Assembly: GCA_035949355.1 (NCBI GenBank)
Contig: DASZIH010000057.1
Location: forward strand, 48 to 64,047
Source: Acidimicrobiales bacterium
GTDB taxonomy: Bacteria > Actinomycetota > Acidimicrobiia > Acidimicrobiales > RAAP-2
DNA length: 64,000 nucleotides
Direction: 5' to 3'
Below, piece by piece: positions 47,937 to 57,409 of the stretch. Position 1 is the stretch's first letter. Every line of letters starts with the position of its first letter. The notes beneath the pieces were generated by a model. It had not been told where the DNA came from. It saw nothing but the letters and a program-made list of their open reading frames with translations, and did not search any database. The position numbers were made by a program, and so were the translations under genes.

Positions 47937-49136
47937 CTAGCCGAGTTTGGTGAGGGCGCGCTTCAAGTTACGCACGGCCTGGTGGGTCCGCAGCTCATTC
48001 TCGATGAGCGCGAAGCGAACGTGACCGTCGCCCCCGTCACCGAAGCCGACGCCCGGACTCGTGGCGACGTCGGCCTCTTCGATCAAGAACTTCGAGAACT
48101 CGAGTGACGACATCTCGCGGTACGGCTCAGGAATAGGGGCCCAGATAAACATCGATCCCCGTGGGCTGACGACGTCCCACCCAACGCGGTGCAGGCCTTC
48201 GATCAACGTGTCGCGTCGCGACTGGTAGATCACGCGCAGCTGATCGGGGTAATCGACGGCCTCGTTCATCGCCACGATCGCGGCGATCTGGACGGGTTGA
48301 AAGGTGCCGTAGTCGAGGTAGCTCTTCAGTTTCGTGAGCGCCGCGACGATCTCCGCGTTGCCGACCAAGAAGCCAACGCGCCAGCCCGCCATCGAGAACG
48401 ACTTCGTGAGCGTGTAGAGCTCGACGCAGCACTCCTTCGCGCGCGGAACCTGCAAGATGGAGGGCGGACGATAGCCGTCGAAGCCGAGGTCGGCGTAGGC
48501 GAAATCGTGGCAGATGACCACGTCGCGCTCGAGCGCGAAGTTGACGAGTCGTTCCATGAACGCGAGATCGACACACGCGCTCGTCGGATTGTGGGGGAAC
48601 GAGACGACGATGACACGCGGCTTGACACTCGCCTTGTCCCACGCGTCGAGCAGACCCGTGAAGAAGTCGTCGCCGGGATCGTTCGTGCTCGCGCCCGGAT
48701 CGACCATTGGCACCGTGATCACGCTCGCCCCGGCGAAGCCCGGGCCGGCCAAATGGATTGGGTAGCTCGGACTCGGCACGATCGCGGAGTCCCCCGGACC
48801 GAGGAGCACCCACATCAAGTGCGTGAGCCCCTCTTTGGCCCCGATCGTCGTCACGACCTCGGTGTCGGGATCGAGGTCGACGTCGAAGAGCATCTTGTAG
48901 CGCTTGGCGATGGCGAGGCGCAGATTCGGAATCCCGCGACTCGCGCTGTAGCGGTGGTTCTTCGGGTTGTGGGCCGCTTCGGCGAGTTTCGCGACGGCGA
49001 CGTCAGGACTTGGTAGATCAGGGTTCCCGAAACCGAAGTCGATGACGTCACGGCCGTGGGCGCGCGCGTCGGCCTTCAACCCATTTATCTGGGCGAAGAC
49101 GTACGGTGGCAAACCCGTGATGCGGCGGAACTCCAT
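47937..49136 (-). CDS. alaC: PLP-dependent aminotransferase class I (AlaC-like)
   Basis: LPPYVF, IGAKEG, FPHNPT, HDFAY, TKSFSMAGWRVG, YLDYG. Confidence 0.85.
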   Translation of the reverse strand: MEFRRITGLPPYVFAQINGLKADARAHGRDVIDFGFGNPDLPSPDVAVAKLAEAAHNPKNHRYSASRGIPNLRLAIAKRYKMLFDVDLDPDTEVVTTIGAKEGLTHLMWVLLGPGDSAIVPSPSYPIHLAGPGFAGASVITVPMVDPGASTNDPGDDFFTGLLDAWDKASVKPRVIVVSFPHNPTSACVDLAFMERLVNFALERDVVICHDFAYADLGFDGYRPPSILQVPRAKECCVELYTLTKSFSMAGWRVGFLVGNAEIVAALTKLKSYLDYGTFQPVQIAAIVAMNEAVDYPDQLRVIYQSRRDTLIEGLHRVGWDVVSPRGSMFIWAPIPEPYREMSSLEFSKFLIEEADVATSPGVGFGDGGDGHVRFALIENELRTHQAVRNLKRALTKLG

Positions 49137-49153
49137 CTGAGAACGTTAGTTAC

Positions 49154-49828
49154 TCAGTGCGCCCGTCGCCACTTTTCCAACAGATCGACTCTGAGCGGCG
49201 CGCTCGCGACCGCCCACGTGGCGCCCGCGCCCTCCAACGCGTCAAGGGTCTCGGCGGTGTTCTCGTTGAGCGGCCCGGCCCAACTCACGGGCCCACTCTT
49301 CGCCACGTCGCGCACGACGGACGCCTCCTTGCCCCAGAGATTTATCACGACGCCGAGCTCTCTCGCGAGTTGATCGGTCTTCGGTGCTCCCGCGCCGCAC
49401 CAGACCTCCATCGAGGGCGACAGCGCGACGATCGCGTCGCGCACCAGTTGGCGGCGATCGTCCGCCGACGGGTAACCGAGGTCGTAGGCCAGTTGCTCCG
49501 CCTCGGAGAGTTTGTCGCCTGTGCCGATCGCCGCGATAACCCGACCGGGCGCGAGCAGCGCGAGAGTCTCGAACTGGTCGACGAGTTTCTCCGTTCCCAC
49601 CAGTCCGACCCGCGCCACCAGCGGGCCGAGGTGGAGAGACGGACAGCGCGACGAGATCGCCGCGAGAACGGGGAAAGGCGCGAGCGAAGGACGTTCGGGT
49701 GAACCCATGGGCCAAAGGTGATCGAATGCGAAGACACCGTCGAGTCCTGAGCGCTCGGCCTCTTGCGCGACGGCGAAGGCGTCATTCGCGTCGTCGCGAA
49801 ACGTTGGCAGCAGGACGCCGAGCTTCAC
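49154..49828 (-). CDS. Short LLM-class flavin-dependent oxidoreductase
   Basis: MKLGVLLP, GLDGVFAFDHL, LGPLVAR, GRVIAAIGTG. GTGA overlap at 49828. Confidence 0.75.
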   Translation of the reverse strand: MKLGVLLPTFRDDANDAFAVAQEAERSGLDGVFAFDHLWPMGSPERPSLAPFPVLAAISSRCPSLHLGPLVARVGLVGTEKLVDQFETLALLAPGRVIAAIGTGDKLSEAEQLAYDLGYPSADDRRQLVRDAIVALSPSMEVWCGAGAPKTDQLARELGVVINLWGKEASVVRDVAKSGPVSWAGPLNENTAETLDALEGAGATWAVASAPLRVDLLEKWRRAH

Positions 49829-50796
49829 GCGCCCTCGAAGGCCACCAGCGTCGCGCCCATCGCACCCGAACGTGGACCGAACATCGAGGTGGTGACCGTG
49901 ATCGTCGGACGGGTCTCGTAGCCCTCGACGAGTTCGGCGAGGTACTCGCGCGCCGCGGGCAGCACCATGTCCGACGCGCTCGAGAGTCCTCCACCAATGA
50001 CGAAGTGTCCACAGTCGAGGATCGCCACCAAGTTCGCGAGTCCGAGCGCCAGCCACCAACCAATCTCACGCAGCAACGTGACTGCTTCCGGTAGTCCTTC
50101 AGCGGCGCCGGCGGTGACGTCTTCGGCGCGTACGTGTCGCGGGTCGCCCCCGCCTCGCTCGACCAGGGTCGCGAGTCGGCCGTCGAGGGCTGCCTCTCTC
50201 GTCATGCGGTGAAGCCCTCCGCCCGAGGCGTAGCGCTCCCAACATCCGCGTCCACCGCACGGACACGCCGCGCCACGCGCCTCGACGACCATGTGGCCGA
50301 TCTCGCCCGCGAAGCCGCTGCGTCCACGAACGAGCTGGCCATCCGCGACCACCCCGCCACCGATTCCCGTGCCGAGCGTCACCATGACGAAGTCTCGAAT
50401 GCCGCGTCCGGCTCCCCACTCATGTTCGGCGAGCGCGGCGCAGTTCGCGTCGTTCTCACAAAACACGCTCGAGTTGCCGAGTGCCGCGCCCAACAAGGCA
50501 CCGAGATCGGCTCCGGAGGCCGTTTGGAGATTCGGCGCGAACGCGAGGTGTCCGTCTCGGCGCATCATGCCCGGGAGCCCGAGACCGACGGGCACGTGCG
50601 CGGGATCGAGACCCTGGCGTTCGCACAGTTCATTGACCTGCTCCACGAGGACTTTCGTCGTCGCCTCGCCCGCGCCAAAGCCTTCGTCATGAGGGGTTTG
50701 CGACTTCATCTCGCCCAACACCCTGCCGTCGCGCGCCACCATCAGCGCGAGCGCCTTGGTTCCCCCGACGTCGACCCCGATGGCGATATCGCTCAT
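49825..50796 (-). CDS. ROK family glucokinase
   Basis: GVDVGGTK, ENDANCAA, GTGIGGG, GEIGH, CPCGGRGCWE. ATG 50796. Confidence 0.92.
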   Translation of the reverse strand: MSDIAIGVDVGGTKALALMVARDGRVLGEMKSQTPHDEGFGAGEATTKVLVEQVNELCERQGLDPAHVPVGLGLPGMMRRDGHLAFAPNLQTASGADLGALLGAALGNSSVFCENDANCAALAEHEWGAGRGIRDFVMVTLGTGIGGGVVADGQLVRGRSGFAGEIGHMVVEARGAACPCGGRGCWERYASGGGLHRMTREAALDGRLATLVERGGGDPRHVRAEDVTAGAAEGLPEAVTLLREIGWWLALGLANLVAILDCGHFVIGGGLSSASDMVLPAAREYLAELVEGYETRPTITVTTSMFGPRSGAMGATLVAFEGA

Positions 50797-51233
50797 CGCG
50801 CTCGCTCGGCCCGTACTTTGAGTTCGCGCAGCGCCTGGCTCTGAATGCGATGCGCGGCCCTCGACCTGATGAAGGCGGGTATCGGTACGAGGAGTTCCAC
50901 TTCGAGATCGTACGTGAGCAGCGTTCCCTGACCCTGGGGATCGAACCGATACTCGCCGTTCAGGGTCGACGTGAGGTCGCCACTCGTCTGATGCCACGTG
51001 AGCGTCTCGGGCGCGCGGTCGTAGTCGTAGCGAAGAGCGTACGTCGTCGATCGTCCGAAGGCGGCGGCGCGAAACTCGACTTCGAGCGGTCGGCCCGAGG
51101 CGTCGCGCTCGAGAACTTCGATCCTCTTCAAGTCGCTAACCCAATCGGTGTAGTGCTCAAAGTCGGTGACGACGCGATAGACCACCTCGGGTGGTGCACT
51201 GACTTCTATCGACTCCGTCGCCCGTTGCGTCAC
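50793..51233 (-). CDS. SRPBCC/polyketide cyclase family protein
   Basis: IEVSAPPEVVYRVVTDFEHY..W, LRELKVRAE; synteny with ROK and GT4 genes. Confidence 0.85.
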   Translation of the reverse strand: MTQRATESIEVSAPPEVVYRVVTDFEHYTDWVSDLKRIEVLERDASGRPLEVEFRAAAFGRSTTYALRYDYDRAPETLTWHQTSGDLTSTLNGEYRFDPQGQGTLLTYDLEVELLVPIPAFIRSRAAHRIQSQALRELKVRAERAR

Positions 51234-51255
51234 TCCACCTCCCTAGCGCTCCACC

Positions 51256-52416
51256 CTAGGCCAGCGAACTCGTCGCCTTGAAGTGATCGAACGGTTCGAG
51301 ACCCGAGCCGAGTTCGAGCGCGAGCGAGTCCCACGAGAAGTTGGTGAGCGCGAGCGCACGTGCCTGACGTGCGTACAGCGCGCGACGTTCCTCGTCGAGC
51401 ATCAACGACTCGATCGCACCGGCGAGCTCGCGCGCGCTTCTCGAGTTCTTAAGAACGATGCCCGTCTCACCGTCGCGAACGGCGTCGTGACTTCCGCCCG
51501 AACGACCAGCGATCTGCGCGAGTCCACACGCTGCGGCTTCGACGAACACGATCCCGAAGCCCTCTTGCTCAAGTCCCAACCAACGACTGCGACACGCCAT
51601 CACCATGAGGTCCGACGCGCCGATCCAACGTGGTTGCGCGTCATCATCGACGAAGCCGAGGAAGGTCACCGGTGCCGTCAAATTCGACGCCAGGCGTTCG
51701 AGGCGATCACGGTCGCGACCCGTCCCGCCGATCACGACTCGCAATTTGGGATACGACGCACTCAACAGCGCACTCGCGCGAATCAACGTGTCCATACCTT
51801 TTCTCGGCACGAGCCTCGAGTACGAGGCGATGATGAAGTCGTCGTCGCCAAAGCCGAAATCACTTCGTGCCGATTCGCGCGCCGCACCAGTGAGTGGGGT
51901 AAATCGTGAGGTGTCGACGCCGGGAGGAACTTGTATCGCCGGGCCGAGGCGTTCAGCGGCGTTGCGAACAGCTTCGCTCGCGGGATACGAACCGGCCGCG
52001 ACGGCGACCGTGGCGTTCTTCAGCACGTAGCGAAGCGACGACGCGACGAGTGGAATACGCCCAGGGATCGTGACCTCCGCGCCGTGCAAGATCACACCGT
52101 AGGGTCGAGAGAGCCACGGTCCCAAGAGTCCGAGTGGCCAGGCCGGATCGAGCAGGACGAGATCGGGTTGGTGGCGCTCGATCGCGGCCTCGATGGCGCG
52201 AAGAGCTCGCCACGTGGGCAGGAACAAGGTGGAGCTCCGAACGCGTTCGACCGTCACGGTGCTAGAGGCGTCAAAGTCGGCGGCGCCTTCGTGCGACGAC
52301 GCGGTCAACACGACCGAACGGCCGTCGTCAAGTCGACGCCACAGTTCGTGGAGGTAGACCTGGATACCGCCGGTCTTCGGGGGGTAGTCGTTGGTCACCA
52401 GGAGGTGGCGGGCCAT
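51256..52416 (-). CDS. Glycosyltransferase family 4 (PimB-like mannosyltransferase)
   Basis: VTNDYPPKTGGIQ, HGAE, SRLVPRKG, EGFGIVFVEA. Confidence 0.88.
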   Translation of the reverse strand: MARHLLVTNDYPPKTGGIQVYLHELWRRLDDGRSVVLTASSHEGAADFDASSTVTVERVRSSTLFLPTWRALRAIEAAIERHQPDLVLLDPAWPLGLLGPWLSRPYGVILHGAEVTIPGRIPLVASSLRYVLKNATVAVAAGSYPASEAVRNAAERLGPAIQVPPGVDTSRFTPLTGAARESARSDFGFGDDDFIIASYSRLVPRKGMDTLIRASALLSASYPKLRVVIGGTGRDRDRLERLASNLTAPVTFLGFVDDDAQPRWIGASDLMVMACRSRWLGLEQEGFGIVFVEAAACGLAQIAGRSGGSHDAVRDGETGIVLKNSRSARELAGAIESLMLDEERRALYARQARALALTNFSWDSLALELGSGLEPFDHFKATSSLA

Positions 52417-52450
52417 GGAACCACGCTAGCCACCTCAAAGAGCGTCCTGG

Positions 52451-52654
52451 CTAGTGTCCCGCTCGGTGGTACTTGAGTGTCGGCAACAGACCTTCGGCGG
52501 TGAAGAGTTGTACGACTTCGACCTCTTGCGAGGTCATCACCAGTTCGTCGGGCGTCTCGCCGAGAACGAACGTGACGAGACAGTCTGAACAGTCGGGCGT
52601 GCCACGTCGTACGCAGTCGTTACAACTGATCGACAGCTCAATTTCCTTGGTCAT
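52451..52654 (-). CDS. Small Cys-rich putative metal-binding protein
   Basis: CNDC..CSDCLVTFVL, GLLPTL; resembles a conserved actinobacterial hypothetical family. ATG 52654 after GAGGGG. Confidence 0.75.
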   Translation of the reverse strand: MTKEIELSISCNDCVRRGTPDCSDCLVTFVLGETPDELVMTSQEVEVVQLFTAEGLLPTLKYHRAGH

Positions 52655-52704
52655 GTTTGCCCCTCTACTCCGATTCACACACTTTGCCAACAGCGTGTAA
52701 CACG

Positions 52705-53115
52705 TCAAGGATTCAACAGTGGCGCGATCTCAATTGCGACCTGTGCTGGACTGAAGAGGGCACCCTCGCCAATCACTTTCGACGTCGATGGATCGATCAA
52801 AACGTAGTACGGCGCCGAACGAATTCCGAGGTCGTCCATGAATTCGGGTGCCACCAGAATCGCCCGGCGTAGGTCGCGCCATTCGTCGTCCCCTGACGTG
52901 GCACTGATGACGACGATATCGACTCCGCCTAGTTCGTGGAGATCACCGTGAAGGAACTCGTGGCATCCGTCACAGCTCGGCTTCACCGTGACGATCAGCG
53001 TAGGTCCGTCAAAATCAATCGATACGACTTCGCCACTCAATGACCGACCACGAAGTGAGTGTGGCGCAGGGCGCTCGCGAGGCGCGTCGAAGGAGTGGAC
53101 GTGAAAATCACTCAC
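52705..53115 (-). CDS. Thioredoxin-fold CxxC protein
   Basis: KPSCDGC, LGIRSAPYYVLID (cis-Pro region); GTGA overlap at 53115. Confidence 0.65.
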   Translation of the reverse strand: MSDFHVHSFDAPRERPAPHSLRGRSLSGEVVSIDFDGPTLIVTVKPSCDGCHEFLHGDLHELGGVDIVVISATSGDDEWRDLRRAILVAPEFMDDLGIRSAPYYVLIDPSTSKVIGEGALFSPAQVAIEIAPLLNP

Positions 53116-53321
53116 TGGGGATCGTTGAAAACCTCGACGCCTCGACCGTGACCGCACCAGCGACACGTGACCGACTCGACACTGTGCGCGATGACTTCCG
53201 GTTCTTCCACGTTGAGTTCTCCGCCGACGCTGTAGTGATGAAACGCGCGGACCGACGTGGTCTCCACCACGTCGAAACGAGTCAAGTTGCCGCACGCGGT
53301 GCAGCGGTACCGGTTTGTCAC
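53112..53321 (-). CDS. Small zinc-ribbon protein
   Basis: RCTACGNLTRFDV...VTCRWCG. Confidence 0.8.
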   Translation of the reverse strand: MTNRYRCTACGNLTRFDVVETTSVRAFHHYSVGGELNVEEPEVIAHSVESVTCRWCGHGRGVEVFNDPQ

Positions 53322-53350
53322 GACCTCAAGTTACCGGAATTATCTCGCGG

Positions 53351-53926
53351 TCATTCGTAGCGGCGTCGTTGCCACTCGTCGGGACGAACTTCGAGCTGAT
53401 ACGGATCGGGATCTTCGTACGTATAAATTGTGTCCAGCGGAACCGAGTGGTCCTCACCGTCACGTCGTTCGGCGTCGATCACACGACAGAGCGCACCGGG
53501 ATGGCGCACGAAGCCCACCGCGAGGGGGCCCGCGGACGTTTCGAGGAACACGTAGCCGCGTCGCGTCAAACGCTCACTCACGCGTTGGTCCACTCTCGTC
53601 GCTATGACGTCGCGCATTTCGATTGAGGTGCGCTGGTGTCGAAGGACACCGCCCTCGATGATCACACGGTCATTGGTGACGTGGATCTTGTGCGATCGCC
53701 AACGCCATATCCGGGTCAACGTGACGAGGCCGAGTGGGCCGATCAGGATAAGCACCAGCCAATCTTCGAAACGGTGGACGAGTGTGTAGCGCGACGCGCC
53801 CTCGACGATGAGCGCGATTGTCGTGAGCGTGACGAGCACGGGGCGCAACACGCCGCGCGACACGGGCGTAACTGAGATGATTCGCACTTCGCCCTCGCGC
53901 AGAAGGTCACGCCTACCCATATCCAT
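53351..53926 (-). CDS. Bacterial PH-domain membrane protein
   Basis: Two TM helices, then VTNDRVIIEGGVL, VDQRVSERL. Confidence 0.75.
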   Translation of the reverse strand: MDMGRRDLLREGEVRIISVTPVSRGVLRPVLVTLTTIALIVEGASRYTLVHRFEDWLVLILIGPLGLVTLTRIWRWRSHKIHVTNDRVIIEGGVLRHQRTSIEMRDVIATRVDQRVSERLTRRGYVFLETSAGPLAVGFVRHPGALCRVIDAERRDGEDHSVPLDTIYTYEDPDPYQLEVRPDEWQRRRYE

Positions 53927-53978
53927 CCAGCGTAAGGAGTTTGTGGCGGGAATAGGCGGAGGGTTATCGCCGACGACG

Positions 53979-54353
53979 CTAGACGTTTCTCATCTGGTTC
54001 GCGGCCATCAGAAAATACGCGGTCATCTCTTCATACTGCTCGTCGCTCAGTTGCTCGCGCACGCTGTCGAGCGCATTCCCCATGGCGGCGAGCCAGGCGT
54101 CGCGGGCACTCTTCGTCACGCGAAACGGCGCGTGACGCATTCGCAATCTCGGATGGCCCCGCTCGTCTTGGTAGGTCCGTGGACCGCCCCAGTACTGGAT
54201 GAAGAAGAGCGTCAAGTGGCGTCTCGACTCCGACAGGTCGTCGGGGTACATAGGTCGCAACGTCTCGTCGAGCTCGACCGCGTCGTAGAAGGCGTCCACC
54301 AGTTGTTCGAAGAATGCTTCGCCGCCGACCTGTTCGAAGAGTGATTCTTCCAC
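53979..54353 (-). CDS. glbO: Group 2 truncated hemoglobin
   Basis: VGGEAFF..LVDAFY, LRPMYP, QYWGGP, GHPRLRMRHAPF. Confidence 0.93.
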   Translation of the reverse strand: MEESLFEQVGGEAFFEQLVDAFYDAVELDETLRPMYPDDLSESRRHLTLFFIQYWGGPRTYQDERGHPRLRMRHAPFRVTKSARDAWLAAMGNALDSVREQLSDEQYEEMTAYFLMAANQMRNV

Positions 54354-54405
54354 CCCGTCACGCTAATCGTGTCGCCTACAATGGTTGTCCCGGTCTTTAC
54401 GGGAC

Positions 54406-54481
<76 letters not shown>

Positions 54482-54587
54482 AGGATATTTTAACGTGGCG
54501 ACAATCTCCCGTGCCTGGTCGCGACGTCAAGCGACCACGTGCAAGGTGATATAGAACGAGTGGCGGCGCAAAGAAGAAGTTGGTGAC

Positions 54588-55835
54588 ATGAGCGAACGGT
54601 CCAAAGCGGCGACTTGGTGTGTGCGCGCACTCGTCGCGAGCGGCGTTGCCGCGTCGATCTTCGTGGTTGCCTCCTCTTCTGGTGCCACGTCGAGTCCAGG
54701 ACCAACGTGGGCATCCCTTGGTACTCTCAGCCCAGCCGCCGAACAGTCGTCGCAATGGGGAAGCGCCGTGGACGCAACGTCCTCGTCTTCGACCTACGCA
54801 TGGTGCGGCGCGGACGGGATCCGCGTCGCTCAATCGAATGGAAAAGTGTCAACCGTGCCGGAGACTGGCGTCGAAGCGTTACTTGTAGCTCGCGCGCTCA
54901 ATATCAATCACGACTCGAAGGTCGTCTGCGACGTGGTTCTCACGGACCCACTGAAACCCGACACTGTGTACGCCGGGTTCGAGGCGGGCCAGAACTACTC
55001 GATTCCACCCGTGGCAACGGTGGCCATGTACACACGTGACGGTGGGGCGTCGTGGCACTTCATTCCGCCACCCGCCAAGATGACGTATCTCGATTTCGGC
55101 GGATTCGTCGTTCGCAACAACATTGTGCAAGCCGTCTTCACCAACGAAGTGAGCGTCGTAAGTCACTCGAGTAGGTGGTCGATCAAAGTCCAAACTGAGG
55201 GAGGTGACGGGTCGTGGGGTTTGGCGTCGTTGGCGTGTCCCAGCGTCGGACCGTGCGTGACCTTTGGTCCGCAAATCCCTCAGGGCGCGTGCGGCATGTC
55301 GAATTGGCAGCAAGCCTTGCTGGTTGCGGTTCACGGCTCGAGTGCCGGAGATCCCGTGTGGGAGGGAACGACCTTGGCATCGGGAATCCCCGAATGTGTT
55401 CCAGCCCTTCTCTTCTCCGATCAACACAACTACGAGTACCTCCTCGATTTTTCCATGCGAGACCCGTTGATCCGATCCGTCGACGGTGGCTTCAATTGGC
55501 AGAGCATCCCACTACCACGACGTGACGGCCATAAAGTTGGCGGATCTCCGGTAGCCGGAGACGACGTGACGACCATCACGCCCTCAGGAGACCTGCTCGT
55601 CGTTATCGGACCCGCGTCGGTGACAACTGAGCGGCTCCTGCTCTTGGTGCCCGGCGCAACGCGGTGGTGTTCGGTATCCGGAGTTCTCCCGTCAGATACG
55701 CGAACGGACCCGATCCACGCCTTGGGAGTGACCGCCTCACGGCTGGTCATACTTCAGGACTCGCCAACGGGTGCGCTGGCCCAAGGCGGCGCGGAGCGCT
55801 CGGTGCCTTTGACCGCGTTGCGCTGCGCGGATTGA
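54588..55835 (+). CDS. Secreted BNR/Asp-box repeat (beta-propeller-like) protein
   Basis: Signal peptide; Asp-boxes YTRDGGASW and RSVDGGFNW; several Cys. Confidence 0.7.
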   Translation: MSERSKAATWCVRALVASGVAASIFVVASSSGATSSPGPTWASLGTLSPAAEQSSQWGSAVDATSSSSTYAWCGADGIRVAQSNGKVSTVPETGVEALLVARALNINHDSKVVCDVVLTDPLKPDTVYAGFEAGQNYSIPPVATVAMYTRDGGASWHFIPPPAKMTYLDFGGFVVRNNIVQAVFTNEVSVVSHSSRWSIKVQTEGGDGSWGLASLACPSVGPCVTFGPQIPQGACGMSNWQQALLVAVHGSSAGDPVWEGTTLASGIPECVPALLFSDQHNYEYLLDFSMRDPLIRSVDGGFNWQSIPLPRRDGHKVGGSPVAGDDVTTITPSGDLLVVIGPASVTTERLLLLVPGATRWCSVSGVLPSDTRTDPIHALGVTASRLVILQDSPTGALAQGGAERSVPLTALRCAD

Positions 55836-55952
55836 CGAAGCGAAGGTAGTAGATCGACGAGACTTATTCATTGCTTCGCGGGACCATCGTGCTATGCGCT
55901 TGCGGATGACCTGTTTTCGAATCCTCGGGTGAACGTGAGTACAGTCGGGGGC

Positions 55953-56123
55953 GTGGATAGTTACGTCAAAGTGAAGGCTCTCAATGACGTCGACAAAGAC
56001 ATCCACTTCCGCGGTTCGGCGACGCCCAACACGACATTGTGCGGCATGCAGACCGCGCCCCTCACGACGGACGGTCCGGTCACCTGTTACCGCTGCCACC
56101 AGTTCGCTACCGGCGACCTGTAG
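55953..56123 (+). CDS. Small putative zinc-finger protein
   Basis: H-x11-C-x14-C-x2-C (IHF...LCG...VTCYRC); GTG after GGGGG; start uncertain. Confidence 0.55.
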   Translation: MDSYVKVKALNDVDKDIHFRGSATPNTTLCGMQTAPLTTDGPVTCYRCHQFATGDL

Positions 56124-56146
56124 CCGCTCCGAGGAGCACTCAACGC

Positions 56147-57334
56147 ATGGCGAGACCGTCCTCGATACCGGAAGCCCACGAGACCCTCTCGACTCGCGAA
56201 GCGATTCGCGTCGCTCTTTTCGCGCAAGGGCTGCGCGGACCTCGCGTCGCCGGAGGCATCAAGGGATTGGTTCCACATCTTCGGGGGGTGCAGCTCGACA
56301 CGATCTCCGTCCTCGCGCGCTCGCACGAACTCGTCGCGTACGCGCGCTTTGGCGCGATAGCGCGCAAGAAGATTGAAGCGGCCTACTGGGGACCCAAGGC
56401 CGAAACCTTCGAATACTGGTCCCACGCTGCGTGCGTGCTGCCACTCGAGATGTGGCCGGCATTCGAGCAGCAGCGTCGTTCGAGAACTGAACGGGGCCAT
56501 CGGTGGCACCAGCTGGAAGACCAGCAGCGTAGTTGTGCGGACGTGGTGCGACGTCTAAGGAATGACGGTCCGCTCACGGCGCGCGAGCTCGGCGGAGCGA
56601 AGAAGGGCGGAATTTGGTGGGACTGGTCCGAGGTCAAGATCGCCGTCGAGTGGCTGCTCGACGTCGGCACCGTGGTGTGTCGCGAACGACGCGGATTCGA
56701 ACGCGTGTACGACCTCGCCGAGCGAGCGATCCCGTCGCCCCTTCGCGATCAGGATTTGGACGGCGAGACGTGCGCTCGACTTCTCGTGAAGTCGGCAGTC
56801 GTCGCCATGGGTGTCGCGACGGCCAAGGACATCGCGGCTTACCACGGGTTCGCGGTGAAGACGGTTCAATCCGTCCTATCGTCGACGAACCTACGTCGCG
56901 TCAACGTCGAAGGCTGGCGAGAGACCGCGTATCTCTCCGAGCACGCAGAAGCGGGATTGCAGGCAAACTTGCGCGGACGAACCGTGTTGTTGTCCCCGTT
57001 CGACTCACTGCTCTGGGACCGTGCTCGACTGGAGCGACTCTTCAACGTCACGTACCGCCTCGAAGCGTACGTCCCCGCACCAAAGCGCGTCGTGGGCTAC
57101 TTCGCGATGCCGGTTCTCTCCAATGAGCGCATCGTCGGGTTGGTCGATCCGAAACGTGTTGGCACAACCCTGCACGCGCGTCACGTCGTCGTTCATGAAC
57201 CTCGAGCACTCGACAAGATTGCGTCAGCACTCCGAGAGGCCGCGTCGTGGGTGGGCTGCGACACAGTGTCGATCGAGCGCGTGTCCCCGCCGCAACTCTC
57301 GAGCATGCTGAAGGGCACGCTGAAAGTCCTGTAG
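56147..57334 (+). CDS. YcaQ/AlkZ (HTH_42) family crosslink DNA glycosylase
   Basis: VQLDTISVLARSH (QxD), FEYWSHAAC, LLSPFDSLLWDR, YRLEAYVP..KR..GYF. ATG after GAGGAG. Confidence 0.9.
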   Translation: MARPSSIPEAHETLSTREAIRVALFAQGLRGPRVAGGIKGLVPHLRGVQLDTISVLARSHELVAYARFGAIARKKIEAAYWGPKAETFEYWSHAACVLPLEMWPAFEQQRRSRTERGHRWHQLEDQQRSCADVVRRLRNDGPLTARELGGAKKGGIWWDWSEVKIAVEWLLDVGTVVCRERRGFERVYDLAERAIPSPLRDQDLDGETCARLLVKSAVVAMGVATAKDIAAYHGFAVKTVQSVLSSTNLRRVNVEGWRETAYLSEHAEAGLQANLRGRTVLLSPFDSLLWDRARLERLFNVTYRLEAYVPAPKRVVGYFAMPVLSNERIVGLVDPKRVGTTLHARHVVVHEPRALDKIASALREAASWVGCDTVSIERVSPPQLSSMLKGTLKVL

Positions 57335-57409
57335 CGAGGAGCCGCGCGACACCTCGAGTGGTCGCGACGCGTCCAATCTTCGTCAACGACCCTCGCCTAC
57401 TGTGGAGCG

